Shown: positions 45,165-54,624 of the stretch, piece after piece
Layout: each line of letters opens with the position of its first letter
How positions within the stretch are numbered: the first letter of the stretch is position 1
From: Candidatus Anderseniibacteriota bacterium
Lineage (GTDB): Bacteria > Patescibacteriota > Andersenbacteria > UBA10190
Assembly: GCA_040900375.1 (NCBI GenBank)
Contig: JBBDZC010000014.1
Location: 33,130-94,711, forward strand
Reading direction: 5' to 3'
Length of the DNA: 61,582 bases
Program-made: the position numbers and the translations under genes
Notes under the pieces: model-generated
Seen by the model: only the letters and a program-made list of their open reading frames with translations
Database searches by the model: none
What the model was told of the DNA's origin: nothing

Positions 45165-46469
45165 ATGGAAGTTACCATTCAACCCCAACCCGAGCGTTCA
45201 GAAGTGGCGCTGACTATCCACGTTACTCCCAAAGAGTTTACGCCCTACGCCAAACGAGCAGCGGCAAAGTTATCGATGAGTAATCCCCGTAAAGGTTTCC
45301 GACCTGGCAAGGTTTCCTTGAGCGTGGCGCAACAAGCTTACGGTACTGAACGAGTTCTCCAAACTGCGCTCGATGATGCGGTGCGACACTTTTTTGTCCA
45401 AGCGGTACTCGATCACGATGTGGAAGCGATTACCCGACCGGCACTCACGATTGAGACCGTAAGTCTAGAGGAAGGACTTAAATTTACCGCCACAGTGGCG
45501 GTATTGCCGACAGTCACCTTAGGTAATGTCAGGGCGATTACTATTACTAAGCGGCGACCAGTCGTGACTCAAGAAGAAGTAACCAAGGAGTTACACTACT
45601 TGGCCAAGATGCGCAGCACGCCTCTGGAGGTTGCCCGGCCCGCCCAGACCGGCGATACCGTAACCCTCGATTTTAAAGTATCGCAGAACGGCGGGGCCAT
45701 GGAGGGTGGGGAGAGCAAAAATCACCCAGTGCACTTAGGCGAAGGCCACTTTGTTCCAGACTTTGAAAAAAAGATCGAGGGCATGCGGGCAGGCGAGGAG
45801 CGAGAATTTAAAATTCATTTTCCGGCTGATTACGCCCAGGCAGCACTGCGCGGACAGGAAGCAACAGTCTGGGTTAAAGCCCACGCGGTGCAAAAACGAA
45901 TTATTCCGGCCCTCGACGATCAATTCGCCCAGAACTTAGGTAAGTTTTCCAGCCTGCAACAGTTGCAAGAGACGTTACAAGAAAATTTACAGCGCGAGAA
46001 AGAGCATAAAGAACAAGACCGCTTCCACGGCGAGCTGGCAGAAAAATTGGCAGAGAGCGCCACGTTTGGTCCGCTGCCCGAGATTCTCATTGAACGAGAA
46101 ATTGATCAGCGGCTGGCCGAGTTTTCCCAAATGCTTGCTTATCAACAAAAAACCGTTGATGATTACCTCCAGGAACAACAAAAAAAATTAAATGATATTC
46201 GCCAGGAACTTCAACCGGCTGCCGAAAAAGCGGTCAAGATTGGTTTAGCGATGCGCGCTTTCGCGCGACACCACAAAATTGATGTCACCGAAGCAGAAGT
46301 GAATGAAGAGGTTAACCGGTATCTGAAGCGCTACCCAACACCCGAGGCCGCCAGAAAAAAAGTTGACATTGCAGAGCTGAAAGATAACCTCTCGAGCACA
46401 CTGCGCAACCAAAAAGTATTCCAAAAGTTGACGGAATTGACACACGTGACGACTGCTGATCAAACGTAA
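45165..46469 (+). CDS. tig: Trigger factor
   Basis: 434-aa ORF with a ribosome-binding N-domain ([11 protein letters not shown]), an FKBP-like middle domain and a C-terminal arm domain. Confidence 0.9.
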   Translation: MEVTIQPQPERSEVALTIHVTPKEFTPYAKRAAAKLSMSNPRKGFRPGKVSLSVAQQAYGTERVLQTALDDAVRHFFVQAVLDHDVEAITRPALTIETVSLEEGLKFTATVAVLPTVTLGNVRAITITKRRPVVTQEEVTKELHYLAKMRSTPLEVARPAQTGDTVTLDFKVSQNGGAMEGGESKNHPVHLGEGHFVPDFEKKIEGMRAGEEREFKIHFPADYAQAALRGQEATVWVKAHAVQKRIIPALDDQFAQNLGKFSSLQQLQETLQENLQREKEHKEQDRFHGELAEKLAESATFGPLPEILIEREIDQRLAEFSQMLAYQQKTVDDYLQEQQKKLNDIRQELQPAAEKAVKIGLAMRAFARHHKIDVTEAEVNEEVNRYLKRYPTPEAARKKVDIAELKDNLSSTLRNQKVFQKLTELTHVTTADQT

Positions 46470-46598
46470 AGCAGTAGACTCCTCAAGATAGTGCTATGAC
46501 AACCAGTCCCAGTTTGGCTTTTTTGTTTCTGCTTTTAACGGTATCCTAGAAAAACAGGGACAGCCACTACTAGGTATCTATCCTTAAATCAATCTCGT

Positions 46599-47183
46599 AT
46601 GAGCTATCTTATTCCCACGGTTTTAGAAAAATCACAGTATGGTGAACGGGCTTATGATATTTATTCCCGCCTCTTAAAAGAGCGCATTGTTTTTCTAGGG
46701 GGGCCAGTTGATGATGATGTGGCTAATTTAATCATTGCCCAGCTTATTTTTCTTGAGCACACTGATCCGAAGAAAGAAGTCAGGTTATACCTTAATTCTC
46801 CCGGTGGTTCGGTGACGGCCGGTATGGCAATTTACGACACCATGCAGTTCATTAAACCGAGCGTCTCGACTATTTGTATTGGCATGGCAGCCAGTATGGC
46901 AGCGGTGTTACTAGCAGCAGGCGAGAAGGGTAAGCGCTTGATTCTGCCTAATGGCGAAGTCATGATTCACCAGGTCATGGGTGGTGCTCAGGGGCAAGCT
47001 TCGGACATTGAAATTAACGCGCGTCACATCCTCCGCACGAAAGAGCGGCTCAATAGCATTTTAGCTAAGCATACTGGCCAAAATCTAAAAAAGGTGGAAA
47101 AAGATGCGGATCGGGATTATTATATGTCAGCAGAGGAAGCACTGGCCTACGGCATTGTTGATAAGATTGTAGAAAAAGGCTAA
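46599..47183 (+). CDS. clpP: ATP-dependent Clp protease proteolytic subunit
   Basis: 194-aa ORF with [19 protein letters not shown], catalytic GMAASMAA, and MIHQ. Confidence 0.97.
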   Translation: MSYLIPTVLEKSQYGERAYDIYSRLLKERIVFLGGPVDDDVANLIIAQLIFLEHTDPKKEVRLYLNSPGGSVTAGMAIYDTMQFIKPSVSTICIGMAASMAAVLLAAGEKGKRLILPNGEVMIHQVMGGAQGQASDIEINARHILRTKERLNSILAKHTGQNLKKVEKDADRDYYMSAEEALAYGIVDKIVEKG

Positions 47184-47314
47184 GCAAAGTGTTTTCTTCA
47201 CGTTTTTATGCTCATTGCTCTATCTGCCTATAGGCACTAGGGCACCACAACCTAATTTATTAATCCCTCCGCTGAAGAACCTGTGAAATATGGAGGCACA
47301 AAGGAACAATTTCT

Positions 47315-48841
47315 ATGTCAGTCTCGGCCATCGTGCTGTTTGTTATTGCAGCACTCGCTGGTGTTGCTGCTGGCTACACCCTGCGTCGTCAACTCGGGAG
47401 TAAGCAAGCCCAGTCAATTGAACAAAAAATTGATCATAAATTAACAGCGGCTAAGGAAAAAATCGCCCAGCTCCGGCGACAAGCAGAAACAGAAGCACGG
47501 GAGATCCGTGAGCGAGCCGAAAAAGACTTAGACCGACGTCGGGAGCAGATTGTCGAGCTCGAGAAGCGTATTACTGAACGAGAAGGCCTGCTCACGGGTA
47601 AGCTCGAGAGCTTTGAAGCGAAAGAGGAAACCGTGGCTCGAACACAAGAAGCCTTAGCGCACCAAGAAGCAGAACTCAAAAAGCTGCGCTTTGAAGAAGA
47701 GCAAAAACTGGCAGAGATTTCTGGTTTGACGAGTGAACAAGCCGAAGCTCGTGTCCTTGAGTTAGCCGAGGCCCGCACCAAAGAAGAAATTGTTCGTCGG
47801 ATTCGTAAACTTGAACAAGAAGGAGAAAAACAGTGGGAAAATGAGGCCCGGGATATTCTGGCGACTGTTATTCAGCGCTATGCTTCATCGCACGTCGCCG
47901 AAACTACCACGGCCCATGTGACTGTGCCGGACGAGAGTATGATTGGCCGCGTCATTGGTAAAGAAGGCCGCAATATTCAGCATCTCGAGCGCCTCACCGG
48001 CTGTGAGATTGTTATTGACGAGACGCCCAATTCTATTATGGTGTCGGGATTTTCGCCAATTCGGCGCCAAGTGGCTAAAACTGCCCTGGAGCAACTTATG
48101 AAAGACGGGCGCATTCATCCTGGCCGCATTGAGGAAGTCGTCGAGGATGCCAAGAAAACAATTAATGATGATATTCGGGAAGCGGGAGAAGCAGCTGTCT
48201 ATGATCTGGGGATTGTTGATTTTCCCGATAAGCTCGTGCAGTTAATTGGCCGCATGAAATACCGCACGAGTTACCGCCAAAACATCCTCAAGCATAGTTG
48301 GGAAGCGGCCGCGATTGCCGCCATGCTTGCCGAAGAGCTGGGCGCTGATGTCACTATTGCGAAAAAAGCCACGTTACTGCACGACATTGGCAAAGCAATT
48401 GACCACGAAGTAGAAGGCAACCACGTGGAGATTGGCGAGAAGATCATGCGCAAATTTGGCATTGACGAGCGCATTATTAAAGCCGCGGCCGCGCACCACG
48501 AAGATTACCCCTTTGATACGGTGGAGGCGATTATTGTGCAGGTGGCGGACGCTATCTCGGCGGCCCGTCCCGGTGCCCGGCGGGACAGCCTGGAAAATTA
48601 CATTAAGCGCATGGAAGACCTCGAGAATATTGCCGCCAGTTATGAGGGTGTCCAGAAAGCCTACGCTATTCATGCCGGTCGAGAAATTCGTGTCTTTGTC
48701 GAACCAAAAAATATTGACGACCTCCAGGCAATTAAATTAGCCCAGATGATTGCGAAGCAGATTGAACAAGAATTAACCTATCCGGGGGAAGTAAAAGTAA
48801 ATGTCATTCGTGAGCTCCGCGCGAATGCCATGGCCCACTAA
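47315..48841 (+). CDS. rny: Ribonuclease Y
   Basis: 508-aa ORF with an N-terminal TM segment, a coiled coil, a KH domain (GRVIGKEGRNIQHLERLTG) and an HD domain (LLHDIGKA...AHHED). Confidence 0.95.
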   Translation: MSVSAIVLFVIAALAGVAAGYTLRRQLGSKQAQSIEQKIDHKLTAAKEKIAQLRRQAETEAREIRERAEKDLDRRREQIVELEKRITEREGLLTGKLESFEAKEETVARTQEALAHQEAELKKLRFEEEQKLAEISGLTSEQAEARVLELAEARTKEEIVRRIRKLEQEGEKQWENEARDILATVIQRYASSHVAETTTAHVTVPDESMIGRVIGKEGRNIQHLERLTGCEIVIDETPNSIMVSGFSPIRRQVAKTALEQLMKDGRIHPGRIEEVVEDAKKTINDDIREAGEAAVYDLGIVDFPDKLVQLIGRMKYRTSYRQNILKHSWEAAAIAAMLAEELGADVTIAKKATLLHDIGKAIDHEVEGNHVEIGEKIMRKFGIDERIIKAAAAHHEDYPFDTVEAIIVQVADAISAARPGARRDSLENYIKRMEDLENIAASYEGVQKAYAIHAGREIRVFVEPKNIDDLQAIKLAQMIAKQIEQELTYPGEVKVNVIRELRANAMAH

Positions 48842-48856
48842 AATAAGTCGCCAGTA

Positions 48857-48916
48857 ATGAAGCCGCCCTGATCCCCCGCCGCTGGCGGCAGGGGATTTTA
48901 CGGGGTGCAATAAAAA
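48857..48916 (-). repeat. Intergenic box family C, copy 5
   Basis: ATGAAGCCGCCCTGA-TCCCCCGCCGCTGGCGGCAGGGGA-TTTTACGGGGTGCAATAAAAAA. Confidence 0.75.
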
Positions 48917-48981
48917 AGCGCAGTCTCTTTACTAGAGTGGCTGCGCTGGTGTCCGGTCAGATATAACCTGATCGGGTAGGA

Positions 48982-49185
48982 CTACCAATCACGCTCGGGT
49001 GGGTCTATCCAAAAAGGATCGTCGTCCCGCTCACGATCTTGGGGAGGATAACTAACCCTCTTGTTCTCCGGTGGCTGCCCGCTTTCTGTGCTTCTCCCGT
49101 TGAAGTACGAGATAAGCACTATGGCGAGTCCCAGAAAAATCAAAATACCCAAACCAATAGCGAGAAACGCTGTGCTCGGCACCAT
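48982..49185 (-). CDS. Small single-pass membrane protein
   Basis: 67-aa ORF with a TM segment (AFLAIGLGILIFLGLAIVLISYF) followed by a charged tail. Confidence 0.45.
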   Translation of the reverse strand: MVPSTAFLAIGLGILIFLGLAIVLISYFNGRSTESGQPPENKRVSYPPQDRERDDDPFWIDPPERDW

Positions 49186-49264
49186 AGAACATCTCCATCA
49201 TTAAGTGGTCAAAGAACTTACGGTAGACTGTCCTGGTAGTACAGGGAACGAGGCTCGGTGTCAA

Positions 49265-49337
49265 CCCCGTTAGCAGTCCGCCTTCCCGCGCAAAGCGGCG
49301 GCGGCCGCTCACAAGAGGCGGCTTACTTCTAACGGGG
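49265..49337. mobile_element. MITE-like element (family B), short variant
   Basis: The termini are CCCCGTTAG (49265-49273) and CTAACGGGG (49329-49337). They are flanked by a direct TCAA at 49261-49264 and 49338-49341. The right-hand TCA is the stop codon of the downstream gene read on the reverse strand. Confidence 0.7.
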
Positions 49338-50093
49338 TCAACAGTATCGTCTAATCAGAGCTAAGCTCTCAGTTAAATGATCGCGGTGCTGGACAAGGTC
49401 GAACCGGGCGCCGGGTTCAAGCGTTATGCTAATCTCCTGTTGCTGGCTTTGTTGACGCAGTGCGCCTAAAAACTCGGGCCAATTAAGGTCACCGGTTCCC
49501 GGAAAGAGATGCTCAACCTGATCCTTGCGAGCATAATCGCTGACGTGCACGTGCCGCAGCCGTTGATTAAGTAAGCCGATATATTGGGTTGGATCTTCAT
49601 TCCAGGCAGCTACATGGGTCGTATCCAGCGTCGCGGCTACCTCGTGCTGGACAATATCGAGAAGCCAGTAGCGTGGCGCACGATACGCTTGTTGTAGCTC
49701 GTGAACTGGCGTCTTGGGACGCGACAGTACCTCGCAAGCAATGGTGCACCGATGCAGGACAGCATAATTCTTCAGTAAGTGCAGTCCTTGATGCACGTTC
49801 ATGGCTCCGCCACAACTAGGATGAGCCGAGGGCGGATGAATGGTCACTAACGTAGCTCCGAGTTGCCCTGCGACCGCCACTGCATCCTTCAGCGCCTGGG
49901 AAAAACGCGGAGAGTCATAATAATCGAGCGGCGCATGCACCGCATAGACATGGGTTAGGCCGTCGTAGTTGACTGGTGCCATTCTTTTGATGCGCGAGGG
50001 CATCACTACCTCAATGCCATCAAAACCCAGTTCGAGCGCGATTGCTTCAACCGCTTGCGGAGGGTGGGTCCGCGTCGAAAGTAAAACCTTCAT
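49338..50093 (-). CDS. Sugar phosphate isomerase/epimerase (xylose isomerase-like TIM barrel)
   Basis: 251-aa ORF: ...FDGIEV..., ...LVTIHPPS..., ...HVHVSDY...FPGTGDLNWPEFLGAL. Confidence 0.75.
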   Translation of the reverse strand: MKVLLSTRTHPPQAVEAIALELGFDGIEVVMPSRIKRMAPVNYDGLTHVYAVHAPLDYYDSPRFSQALKDAVAVAGQLGATLVTIHPPSAHPSCGGAMNVHQGLHLLKNYAVLHRCTIACEVLSRPKTPVHELQQAYRAPRYWLLDIVQHEVAATLDTTHVAAWNEDPTQYIGLLNQRLRHVHVSDYARKDQVEHLFPGTGDLNWPEFLGALRQQSQQQEISITLEPGARFDLVQHRDHLTESLALIRRYC

Positions 50094-50198
50094 GACCAGA
50101 AGCCTCCTCTCCCGGAAGATTTTAGATTAGAAAAGAGCAGTAATTATGGTATACCACAAGATTTGCGGCAGTTATACTATCTTGAGTACTGTTAGGTT

Positions 50199-51068
50199 AT
50201 GGGTAGTCAGCATCAACGCATTGGTCTCCATGTCTCGGCGGCCGGGGGGGTGGCAAATGCTCCAGAAAATGCCCGAGTTTTTGGCGCTGAATGTTTTCAA
50301 TTTTTCTCGCGGAGTCCGCGCGGGGGCAGAGCGCCCGTCATAGCTGACGAGGAAGCTGCTCTATTTCGCGCCCGCTGCCAAGAATATGGGTTCGAAAGCT
50401 ATATCCACACACCCTACTACATTAATTTCGCCTCGAAGAACAATAAGATTTACCACGGATCCATTGGCGTTGTCCGCGAAGAGCTCGAGCGGGGAACACG
50501 GCTCGGGGTGAAGTACGTCATGACTCACATGGGTAGTGCGCGTGATCACGGGGAGACAACAAATAAGAACCTGCCTACCAGCGCTCTCAAGCAGGCGATT
50601 AAGGGTCTCCAGCAAGTCTTTGCCGATCATCCGCCGTTCACCACCGAGCTGCTCCTTGAGATATCGGCCGGGGCAGGCGCCGTGCTTGGCGATACTTTTG
50701 AAGAGTTGGCAGCGCTGCTTGATGGCTTGGGCCGACGTGATGTTAATGTCTGTCTCGATACATGCCACCTATTTGCTTCTGGCTATGATTTACGGACCCC
50801 AGAAGCGCTCCAGGAAACCATGCGGCAGTTTAGGAAGACTTTGGGCAGTGCGCGCCTTAAGCTGGTCCACGTCAATGATTCCAAAACAGAGTTAGGGTCT
50901 CACCGGGACCGCCACGAACATATCGGCCGAGGTCTAATTGGCCGAGGCGCCTTTCAGGAATTACTTCATCACCCTGACTTTCAGAAAGTTAACTTTATAC
51001 TAGAAACTAAGCATGATCAGTTGATTGATACCGATATTGCTCTCTTAAAGAAATTAAGAAAATCATGA
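50199..51068 (+). CDS. nfo: Deoxyribonuclease IV (endonuclease IV)
   Basis: 289-aa ORF: IGLHVSAAGG..., YIHTPYYINFAS, VMHMG, CLDTCHLFASGYD, HVNDSK...GSHRDRHEHIG. Confidence 0.93.
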   Translation: MGSQHQRIGLHVSAAGGVANAPENARVFGAECFQFFSRSPRGGRAPVIADEEAALFRARCQEYGFESYIHTPYYINFASKNNKIYHGSIGVVREELERGTRLGVKYVMTHMGSARDHGETTNKNLPTSALKQAIKGLQQVFADHPPFTTELLLEISAGAGAVLGDTFEELAALLDGLGRRDVNVCLDTCHLFASGYDLRTPEALQETMRQFRKTLGSARLKLVHVNDSKTELGSHRDRHEHIGRGLIGRGAFQELLHHPDFQKVNFILETKHDQLIDTDIALLKKLRKS

Positions 51069-51715
51069 GTCAATCAAAAACACAATATAAGGAAAAGGCC
51101 TTACGGGAACTCTGTGAACGCATGAACACGCCTGATAAATGTCCGCTCTATACTACCGCCACCCATGTGGTCCCGGGTGAAGGGAACCCAGATGCCGAGA
51201 TTATGTTCATCGGTGAAGCACCGGGCAAAAATGAAGATGAGCAAGGCCGCCCGTTTGTCGGCGCGGCCGGCAAGTTCCTCGATCAATTGATCGCCTCTAC
51301 TGGCCGCCGCCGCGAGGATGTCTACATTGCCAACATCATCAAGCACCGACCTCCGGGTAACCGCGATCCCTTGCCCGACGAAATTGCGGCGTATGCGCCC
51401 TGGTTGGAAGAACAGATTAAGATTATTAACCCGCGGCTTATGGTGACGCTCGGTCGCTTCTCGATGGAGTATCTGCTGGGCCCCGGACACTCGATTACTA
51501 AAATCCATGGCCAACCTAAGCGCCGCAACGAGCGCGTGATTATGCCGATGTACCACCCCGCAGCCGCACTCTACCGCGGCGACCTGCGCCCCATCCTAGC
51601 CGCGGACTTCCAAAAAATACCGAAAGTCCTCCAACTTATTCAGGCAGGTAAATCAGCGACGGATGAAGTGACGGAAAAAGAACCGGTGGGTGACCAGCAA
51701 AAGTCGCTTCTCTAA
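51065..51715 (+). CDS. Uracil-DNA glycosylase, family 4-like
   Basis: 216-aa ORF: [35 protein letters not shown]...[13 protein letters not shown]...YHPAAALY. Its start overlaps the nfo stop (ATGA). Confidence 0.88.
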   Translation: MSQSKTQYKEKALRELCERMNTPDKCPLYTTATHVVPGEGNPDAEIMFIGEAPGKNEDEQGRPFVGAAGKFLDQLIASTGRRREDVYIANIIKHRPPGNRDPLPDEIAAYAPWLEEQIKIINPRLMVTLGRFSMEYLLGPGHSITKIHGQPKRRNERVIMPMYHPAAALYRGDLRPILAADFQKIPKVLQLIQAGKSATDEVTEKEPVGDQQKSLL

Positions 51716-51775
51716 AAGACCGCGGGGCTTGCCTGCTCTCCCGATACTGATATAGTGTTGGTACTTATAAAAGGG

Positions 51776-51860
51776 GCTCAGGTGGTGGAACTGGTATACA
51801 CGCAGCCTTGAGGTGGCTGTGGGCTTAACGCCCGTGCAGGTTCAAGTCCTGTCCTGAGCA
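51776..51860 (+). tRNA. tRNA-Leu(GAG)
   Basis: Manual cloverleaf: acceptor GCTCAGG/CCTGAGC, anticodon arm CAGCC-TTGAGGT-GGCTG, long variable arm. Confidence 0.9.
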
Positions 51861-51870
51861 CAAAATATAT

Positions 51871-51942
51871 GGGCGGTTAGCTCAGTGGTAGAGCGTCCGG
51901 TTTACATCCGGCAGGTCGGGGGTTCAAATCCCTCACCGCCCA
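51871..51942 (+). tRNA. tRNA-Val(UAC)
   Basis: Manual cloverleaf: acceptor GGGCGGT/ACCGCCC, anticodon loop TTTACAT. The top pair of the anticodon stem (27:43) is a mismatch. Confidence 0.85.
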
Positions 51943-51983
51943 CTCGTTCGCCTATCTTACGGTTTGACGCCAAATGCGCCTGC

Positions 51984-53003
51984 TTAATAATGCAGCTTAC
52001 CCGAAAACCAGCGACGCAGCTGCACGATGTCATCATGGATTACATCAAGAACCACCCGCACGTCGGGCAGCCGATCAAGGCGTAGCTGCGCGGTTAGGCC
52101 GATGGCCACCAGAGCAATCAGAAGACCGGCGAGACTGTCGACGGCGTAGTGTTGGAGCGTATAGACCGTGGCGACATAGTTGAGCAACAAGTACGGCAGC
52201 CCGATCGCGAGCAGTGGACGCCAGGCACGCCAGCCATGATACACCACGGCGGTAACCCAGGCGACGTGCATACTCGGAATAGTCGTGACCGCTAAAAACC
52301 GTTCGTCGTCCTGTGCCCGCAGGGCTAAGATGCGCTCTAAAAATTTATCTAAGCGAGGATTGGGTTGATAGTGGGCTAGTAATGTCGCGACCTCCCCCGA
52401 GATGATTGGAGTTCCCACCGGGTGAACATAGCCTTCGAGAGGAGAGAGGGCTGGATAGAGGTACCACAGCGGCATACTCAAGAGAAGGGAGAGAATAAAC
52501 ACGGCAAACATTTGGGCGAAGAGGCGCCCATTGACCACCGCTAAAAAAATGAGCATGAGCCCCAACACAACGCTTAAGCTATTATAAGCCACCAGGAGTA
52601 GTGGGGCAGTAGTATCAAACCAAGGCTTCCATGGATTAGTGGTCGCCTGCAGCCAGAGGGGAGGATACGTGCCGAATAACATCCGGTCAGCCTCCATCAA
52701 GGTGTGGTTATGGGTAGTGATATCAGCGCGAGTGTCCGGGTAGGTATTAATAGTTTCAATGCCGATGCCGATGAGGAAAAAGAGGATAAGCAGCAGAGCT
52801 GTCAGACGCAGCGTGGCAGCAAGCACCCGGCGGGCTTTTGCGCGCGCTGAAGAATCTTTAAAAAAGTAGAATTCAACCAGCTGGGTGCCCATTTTCCAGC
52901 ACAGATACTCAATGAGCACCACAAAAAAGATCAGGAGAAAGTGCGCTTGGCCAAACTGAAGATAATACAAGAGAGACTGGAGCATGTGTCCCTTAGGGTA
53001 CAA
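51984..53003 (-). CDS. PAP2-superfamily membrane phosphatase/transferase
   Basis: 339-aa polytopic ORF with the C-terminal motifs IPSMHVAW and LQHYAVDSLAGLLIA, typical of PAP2_3-type proteins. Confidence 0.7.
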   Translation of the reverse strand: MYPKGHMLQSLLYYLQFGQAHFLLIFFVVLIEYLCWKMGTQLVEFYFFKDSSARAKARRVLAATLRLTALLLILFFLIGIGIETINTYPDTRADITTHNHTLMEADRMLFGTYPPLWLQATTNPWKPWFDTTAPLLLVAYNSLSVVLGLMLIFLAVVNGRLFAQMFAVFILSLLLSMPLWYLYPALSPLEGYVHPVGTPIISGEVATLLAHYQPNPRLDKFLERILALRAQDDERFLAVTTIPSMHVAWVTAVVYHGWRAWRPLLAIGLPYLLLNYVATVYTLQHYAVDSLAGLLIALVAIGLTAQLRLDRLPDVRVVLDVIHDDIVQLRRWFSGKLHY

Positions 53004-53197
53004 TAAAAATCTCCCCGAAAGTAAACAATAATGTTAAGTGCATTGGCATTACTTCTAAAGAACAGGAAGTAATTGAATTATTTAGAAAAGCACTGTTAAT
53101 CAAAAACAAAATGAGCAGGGCGGCGGGGTGGCTTCCTTAGTTCTATTCAAAGAAATTTCCGCAAAGTTTAGAATTTCCCACAAATAAATAAACTGAA

Positions 53198-53572
53198 TTA
53201 GAATTCCAACTTTCGTCCTTTATAGTTCATAGCCTCATTTAGAAACAATTGTTCACCCTTACTGCTGTGTTTAATAGTGTGACAGTTTGCACAAAGAAGG
53301 ACACACTTTTGCATTTCTAACTTAATGGCATCCCAACTCTTATTGGCAACATTACCAATAATAAAATCCTTTTTACTGGGGTCCAAGTGATGGAATTGCA
53401 AGGCAGCCTGATTACCATGCCACCCACATTCCACGCATTTACCACCTAAATACTTAATAGCAGCAGCTTTAGACCGGTACCTTCTAATTTTTGTATTGCA
53501 AGATCCGCACCGAGTTCTCAATTTACCTTGGTAATCTTTAAAGGTTTTCCCACATAATTTACAGAGATCCAT
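53198..53572 (-). CDS. Free-standing HNH endonuclease
   Basis: 124-aa ORF with CxxC...CxxC Zn knuckles, ...CVECGWHGNQAALQFHHLDPSKKDF... and LLCANCHTIKH. The gene and its flanks (about 53000-53670) are visibly more AT-rich than the neighbouring genes. Confidence 0.85.
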   Translation of the reverse strand: MDLCKLCGKTFKDYQGKLRTRCGSCNTKIRRYRSKAAAIKYLGGKCVECGWHGNQAALQFHHLDPSKKDFIIGNVANKSWDAIKLEMQKCVLLCANCHTIKHSSKGEQLFLNEAMNYKGRKLEF

Positions 53573-53674
53573 AACATCTAGTATAGCACGTTAGGATCTA
53601 CCAAAAATACTCTATTTCGGAAGAAACTTTGAAATAAATCTATTTTTCGCTATGCTCTAACAACAATTAAATAT

Positions 53675-53951
53675 GCCGCGGTAGCTCACCGGTAGAGCGC
53701 TGCCCTAAACTCTTTGGGGCCTCCCGCCGTAAGGTGGGATGACAAAACTGGGTGAACTCGGGGAAACTCTTGCTGATACAAGACAATCCCGAGCCAAGCT
53801 AGGAAGGGTTTGAGTTTCCTAGAAGGTGTAGAGACTAGTGAGTGAGTCCCAACAATACCCTCACATAAGCGCCCAGCTCCCTTCGTTGGGATGATGAGAT
53901 AGTCCGATTCGGAAGAGGCAGGCGTAGTCAGTTCGATTCTGACCCGCGGCA
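53675..53951 (+). tRNA. tRNA-Phe(GAA) interrupted by a group I intron between positions 33 and 34
   Basis: The 5' exon (53675-53706) is GCCGCGG-TA-GCTC-ACCGGTA-GAGC-G-CTGCC-CT. The 3' exon (53912-53951) is GAAGA-GGCAG-GCGTA-GTCAG-TTCGATT-CTGAC-CCGCGGC-A. Joined together they give a canonical 72-nt cloverleaf with anticodon loop CUGAAGA. Confidence 0.85.
53707..53911 (+). ncRNA. Group I intron, 205 nt, without an ORF
   Basis: P1 pairs exon GCCCU with the internal guide GGGGC, placing a U:G pair at the 5' splice site, and the intron ends in G. The conserved R-like (gtagAGACTAGtg) and S-like (gaGATAGTCCg) core elements form P7 (GACTA/TAGTC). P2 (CCCGCC/GGTGGG), P3 (CTGGG/CCCAG), P4 (CTCGGG/CCCGAG), P6 (CTAGGAA/TTCCTAG), P8 (GTGAG/CTCAC) and P9 (TCCC/GGGA) can all be drawn. 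Confidence 0.85.
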
Positions 53952-53995
53952 CTGTTGCTTGTTCTTTTAGGTACTTGCTAAAAATAGATACACCT

Positions 53996-54066
53996 GCGGG
54001 TATCGTATAATGGTATTACACCTGGTTGCCAATCAGGCGACAGGGGTTCGATTCCCCTTACCCGCT
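53996..54066 (+). tRNA. tRNA-Gly(GCC)
   Basis: Manual cloverleaf: acceptor GCGGGTA/TACCCGC, anticodon loop TTGCCAA, discriminator U. Confidence 0.9.
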
Positions 54067-54323
54067 CATTTTTTATAGTATTTTTTAAAACGCTTAACGC
54101 TCGTGCCGTTAACTCTGACAGTTTCGTTCCAATTAGTAAGCGTGCGCGCCCAGAGCGATCCGTGAGCCAGGCTGCGGTAAATCACCAGTGGCTCTAGTGT
54201 GTCTTCTTGAAGAGCACAGACTACTATTTCATATGCGCCACCTTTGTAGTGCTGATAGCATTCACCAGGTAGCGGAGCCACCGCGGTCATTCTTTCCTGC
54301 GCGCGATCTTTAGCGTCAGCCAT
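54066..54323 (-). CDS. DUF1653-like small protein
   Basis: 85-aa ORF. YQHYKGGAYEIVVCALQEDTLEPLVIYRSL..GSLWARTLTNW matches my recollection of the DUF1653 core. Confidence 0.65.
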   Translation of the reverse strand: MADAKDRAQERMTAVAPLPGECYQHYKGGAYEIVVCALQEDTLEPLVIYRSLAHGSLWARTLTNWNETVRVNGTSVKRFKKYYKK

Positions 54324-54544
54324 GGCACACTTTATTCAAGAACTGGCCGGGGACGAACGGGTGGGGGGAAAAGAAGGTTACGATAAACACCAGAACTCTC
54401 ATAATGTGCTCCCAGCATAGCACATTCGTATTGTAGCTACTATTGGCCAGAGGCGGTCTCATCCTGCGGGTACTAGACAAGAATTTCTAATTAATTGGCC
54501 ATAATAAGCCATTTTTTATATTTGACAAAACAATAAAACCGTGG

Positions 54545-54573
54545 TTGACAATATCCCCAGCTTGTGCTAGGAT
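54545..54573 (+). promoter_or_regulatory. Sigma70-type promoter upstream of the RlpA-like gene leader
   Basis: TTGACA (54545-54550), a 17-nt spacer, then TAGGAT (54568-54573). Confidence 0.55.
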
Positions 54574-54594
54574 ATTAGGTTAAAAATTCAAAGG

Positions 54595-54624
54595 TCCTAC
54601 TAGATCTATCTAGTAGGATTTTTT
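54595..54624 (+). terminator. Intrinsic terminator/attenuator hairpin inside the leader
   Basis: TCCTACTAGA-TCTA-TCTAGTAGGA followed by TTTTTT. It lies only about 20 nt downstream of the predicted transcription start and 60 nt upstream of the ATG at 54684. Confidence 0.6.

Noticed and set aside
53686-53952. An 88-aa ORF on the reverse strand.
   Set aside because: It lies entirely antisense to the tRNA-Phe exons and the group I intron, so it is an artefact of structured GC-balanced RNA sequence.
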